Both the position numbers and the translations under genes were made by a program. From Chthoniobacterales bacterium (GTDB lineage Bacteria; Verrucomicrobiota; Verrucomicrobiia; Chthoniobacterales; JACTMZ01): DNA of 64,000 nt. The stretch is from the NCBI GenBank assembly GCA_049315725.1, contig JBMOJP010000002.1, positions 17,220-81,219 of the forward strand, in the 5' to 3' direction. Below the pieces are notes generated by a model. The model searched no databases. It had not been told where the DNA came from and saw only the letters and a program-made list of their open reading frames with translations. Position 1 is the first letter of the stretch. Each line of letters begins with the position of its first letter. This document shows positions 61,249 through 64,000 of the stretch, piece after piece.

Positions 61249-62031
61249 ATGATGATGAAATTCTTTCTCCTCATTCTTGTCGCCGTGACCATCGCTCTCC
61301 CGGCCGTCCACGCCGAGGACAAACCCCTGCGGGTCGGGATGGACCTCTCTTACCCACCGTTTGAAACCATCGGGGCCGACGGCAACCCCGCCGGGGTCAG
61401 CGTGGATCTGGCGTCCGCGCTGGCGGCCGGACTCGGGCGCACGCTCGTCGTGGAGAACATCCCGTTCACCGGGCTCATCCCCGCGCTCAAGTCCGGCAAG
61501 ATCGACCTGATCATCTCCTCCATGACCGCGACCCCCGAGCGGGCCAAGGCGGTTGCCTTCTCCCGGCCCTATCTCACGACCGGCCTGGCCCTGCTTGTGC
61601 CGGCGGAGAGCGCGGGGCAGAGCCTGGCGGACCTCGACCAACCGGGAAACACCATCGTGGTGCGACAAGGCACCACGGGCGAAGTCTTCGCCCGCCGCGA
61701 AGTGCGCCAGGCCCGCATCCTCACGCTGGAAAAAGAAAACGCCTGCGTGCTCGAGGTCGTGCAGGGCAAGGCGGCGGCATTCATCTACGACCAGATGTCC
61801 GTCTTCCAGAATGCAAAACGCAACCCTGCCCGGACGCGCGCCCTTCTCGCCCCCTTGCAGGAGGAATCCTGGGCGGTGGCGCTACGGTTGGATGACACGA
61901 CCCTCGTCTCGGCCACAAACGATTTTCTCGCCAAATTCCGCCGCGAGGGCGGCTTCGACCGGCTGGCGGAAAAATACCTCGCCGAGGAAAAAGCCGCCTT
62001 CACCGCGGCCGGCGTCCCCTTCGTCTTTTAG
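61249..62031 (+). CDS. amino-acid ABC transporter substrate-binding protein (family 3)
   Basis: 260 aa. Signal peptide [22 protein letters not shown], then [13 protein letters not shown]...[14 protein letters not shown]. Confidence 0.8.
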   Translation: MMMKFFLLILVAVTIALPAVHAEDKPLRVGMDLSYPPFETIGADGNPAGVSVDLASALAAGLGRTLVVENIPFTGLIPALKSGKIDLIISSMTATPERAKAVAFSRPYLTTGLALLVPAESAGQSLADLDQPGNTIVVRQGTTGEVFARREVRQARILTLEKENACVLEVVQGKAAAFIYDQMSVFQNAKRNPARTRALLAPLQEESWAVALRLDDTTLVSATNDFLAKFRREGGFDRLAEKYLAEEKAAFTAAGVPFVF

Positions 62032-62426
62032 TCAGCGAAAGCGTGCGCGCGCAGCAACTCCAGCGGCACAATTGCCAGCGCCGTCTCGTTGGTCGCTTCA
62101 AGCACGACCCGCGGCGCCTGCCCCGCCTCACAGGCCTCCAGCCAGCGCGCGGCGCACAGACACCAATGATCACCCGGCTTTAATCCGGGAAAATCATACT
62201 GTGGCATGGGCGTGATCAGGTCGTTGCCCGCGGTCCGCGAGAAGGCGAGAAACTCGGCCGTCATGACCGCGCAAACCGTGTGCGACCCCCGATCCTGCTC
62301 GCAGGTGTGGCAGTGACCATCGCGAAAAAAGCCCGTCGTCGGGTCAAAACTGCATGGCTCCAGTTCTCCCCCGAGAACATTGCGGGAATCCGGTCCGCCC
62401 GGCTCATGAGTGAGGTCGCGCACCAT
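62028..62426 (-). CDS. DUF2237-family protein
   Basis: 132 aa. NVLGGELEPCSFDPTTGFFRDGHCHTCEQDRGSHTVCAVMTAEFL. Confidence 0.75.
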   Translation of the reverse strand: MVRDLTHEPGGPDSRNVLGGELEPCSFDPTTGFFRDGHCHTCEQDRGSHTVCAVMTAEFLAFSRTAGNDLITPMPQYDFPGLKPGDHWCLCAARWLEACEAGQAPRVVLEATNETALAIVPLELLRAHAFAD

Positions 62427-62430
62427 AAAG

Positions 62431-63402
62431 CTACCAGCCGAGGATGAGGGCGAACATCAGCGGGGCCACAATCGTGGCGTCGGACTCGACGATGAACTTG
62501 GGCGTCCCGGCGCCCAACTTGCCCCAGGTGATTTTTTCGTTCGGCACCGCCCCGGAATACGAGCCGTAGCTCGTGGTCGAGTCGCTGATCTGGCAAAAGT
62601 AGGCCCAGACCGGAATCTCGGGCAGTTGCAGGTCCTGATGGAGCATGGGCACGACGCAGATGGGGAAATCCCCGGCAATGCCTCCGCCGATCTGGAAAAA
62701 TCCGACCGGCGTGGGGGCGTTGTCCTGATACCACCGCGCGAGTTTTTGCATGTATTCGATTCCGGTGCGCACGGTGTGGACGTTTTTGATCTCACCGGTG
62801 ATGACGTGCGAGGCATACATGTTGCCGAGGGTCGAGTCCTCCCAACCGGGCACAATGATGGGAATATTCTTCTCCATCGCCGCAATCATCCATGAGTCCT
62901 TGGGGTCGATCTGGTAAAATTTTTCCAAGGCCCCCGAGCGGAGCGCGCGGAAGAAAAATTCGTGGGGGAAATACCGCTCGCCCGCCGCATCGGCCGTCAT
63001 CCACTGGTCGAGCATGACCGTCTCCAAACGTCGCATGGCCTCCATCTCCGGAATGCAGGTGTCGGTGACACGGTTCATATGCCGGTCGAGCAGGGCCTGC
63101 TCGTCTGCCGGGGTCAGGTCCCGGTAATGCGGCACGCGCTCGTAGTAGTCGTGCGCCACCAAGTTGAAGATGTCCTCCTCGAGGTTCGCCCCGGTGCAGG
63201 AAATGATGTGAACCTTGTCCTGCCGGATCATCTCGGCCAGCGAAAGGCCCAACTCGGCCGTGCTCATGGCCCCGGCGAGCGAAACCAGCATGCGACCGCC
63301 CGAGTCAACCAGCGTGCTGTAGGCGTCGGCCGCGTCGATCAGCGCGGCGGCGTTGAAATGGCGGTAATGGTGGCGGATGAATTGCGAAACGGGTTGGGAC
63401 AT
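62431..63402 (-). CDS. deoxyhypusine-synthase-family protein (bacterial DHS-like, possible homospermidine synthase)
   Basis: 323 aa. HFNAAALIDAADAY...MLVSLAGAMSTAELG...IISCTGANLEEDIFN...FFQIGGGIAGDF. Confidence 0.85.
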   Translation of the reverse strand: MSQPVSQFIRHHYRHFNAAALIDAADAYSTLVDSGGRMLVSLAGAMSTAELGLSLAEMIRQDKVHIISCTGANLEEDIFNLVAHDYYERVPHYRDLTPADEQALLDRHMNRVTDTCIPEMEAMRRLETVMLDQWMTADAAGERYFPHEFFFRALRSGALEKFYQIDPKDSWMIAAMEKNIPIIVPGWEDSTLGNMYASHVITGEIKNVHTVRTGIEYMQKLARWYQDNAPTPVGFFQIGGGIAGDFPICVVPMLHQDLQLPEIPVWAYFCQISDSTTSYGSYSGAVPNEKITWGKLGAGTPKFIVESDATIVAPLMFALILGW

Positions 63403-63413
63403 GGCGTGGATGG

Positions 63414-64000
63414 TTAGAGTTTAACGTGGAAATTTTCGCCCGGTTTGACCGAGCGGCAGAAGGCCGCGAGCAGACGCGCAAGGGCATCCAGGTCGGCCAG
63501 ATCGATCACCTCGACCGGAGAATGCATGTAGCGGTTGGGCAGACCAATCGATGCGGTCGGAATGCCGCCCCGCTGGAGGAAGAAGGCATCGGCATCCGTG
63601 CCGGTGCGCCGCGGGTTGGCTTCGGCTTGGACCGGAATCTTGGCTTTCCTCGCCACCTCGAGGAGACGTTGCACGACGAGCGGATGGTTGGAACTGCCGT
63701 GGGAAATGACCGGGCCGCGACCGAGACGGACGTCACCATGCTTCGGTTTGGAGCAGTTCGGGATGTCCGTCCCGTGCGTCACATCCACGACGAGCGCGAC
63801 GTCCGGGTTCAAGCTGTAGGCGGCCATGGTTGCGCCGTAGAGACCGTTTTCTTCCTGGACGGTCGAGACCGCAGTGACGCTGACGGAGGGCGGCTTGGCG
63901 GCCAGTTGCCGCAACGCCTCGCCGGCCGACCAGACGCCGATCCGGTTGTCACACCCGCGAGCGGCCACTCGGCCGTTCTCCAGCAACTCAAAGCCATCCG
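63414..64000 (-). CDS. M42-family metallopeptidase (FrvX/YsdC-like), C-terminal part; the N-terminus lies beyond the right edge
   Basis: ARGCDNRIG, VQEENGLYGA and GLPNRYMHSPVEVIDLADL. Hand translation shows the frame stays open upstream of the ORF-track TTG at 63986, up to base 64000 (..DGFELLENG..). Confidence 0.8.
   Translation of the reverse strand, partial: DGFELLENGRVAARGCDNRIGVWSAGEALRQLAAKPPSVSVTAVSTVQEENGLYGATMAAYSLNPDVALVVDVTHGTDIPNCSKPKHGDVRLGRGPVISHGSSNHPLVVQRLLEVARKAKIPVQAEANPRRTGTDADAFFLQRGGIPTASIGLPNRYMHSPVEVIDLADLDALARLLAAFCRSVKPGENFHVKL

Overview
This is a high-GC, very gene-dense bacterial chromosome segment. Hand counts on typical 60-nt lines give about 63% GC. I support about 62 protein-coding genes. 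I found no rRNA, tRNA, CRISPR array, transposase or integrase.

The lineage is probably Verrucomicrobiota (Opitutae-like). That is an inference from an Amuc_1098..Amuc_1102-type 'pilus-like' locus.

Layout:
- 1-8066 (minus strand): a translationally chained glycan/sugar-nucleotide operon. It is led by a GbsR/MarR-type regulator and a NusG paralogue. It contains a split transketolase, a domain-swapped HldE-like enzyme, two SDR enzymes and a low-GC four-helix-bundle gene insertion.
- 8172-25494: envelope and housekeeping genes. These are an O-antigen-ligase-like protein, hslO, glnB, uppP, an M23 peptidase, cimA, a LOG-family protein, a site-2 protease, a class A PBP, trpD, aroD and a priming sugar transferase.
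- 25558-34913 (plus strand): the most interesting block. It encodes a Sec-secreted small protein, a PilM-PilN fusion, an Amuc_1100-like protein, an Amuc_1099-like protein and two tandem paralogous secretins. No pilin, prepilin peptidase, PilB/T ATPase or PilC occurs anywhere in the window.
- 35011-64000: coaE-rho-rnc, carB, mlaEFD, folA-thyA, glgX, a Nudix / FAD-oxidoreductase / type III PKS trio, a second class A PBP, a DCC-thiol-oxidoreductase::lipase-maturation-factor fusion, ribE, moaA, mscL, a deoxyhypusine-synthase-like gene and a truncated M42 peptidase.

Genome-architecture oddities:
- 9 of 11 convergent gene pairs overlap at their 3' ends. Six overlap by exactly 4 nt, with interlocked stop codons.
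- The only long non-coding gap (10545-11024) carries start-less antitoxin-like ORF fragments.

All functional calls rest on motif recognition in the supplied translations. No database search was run.
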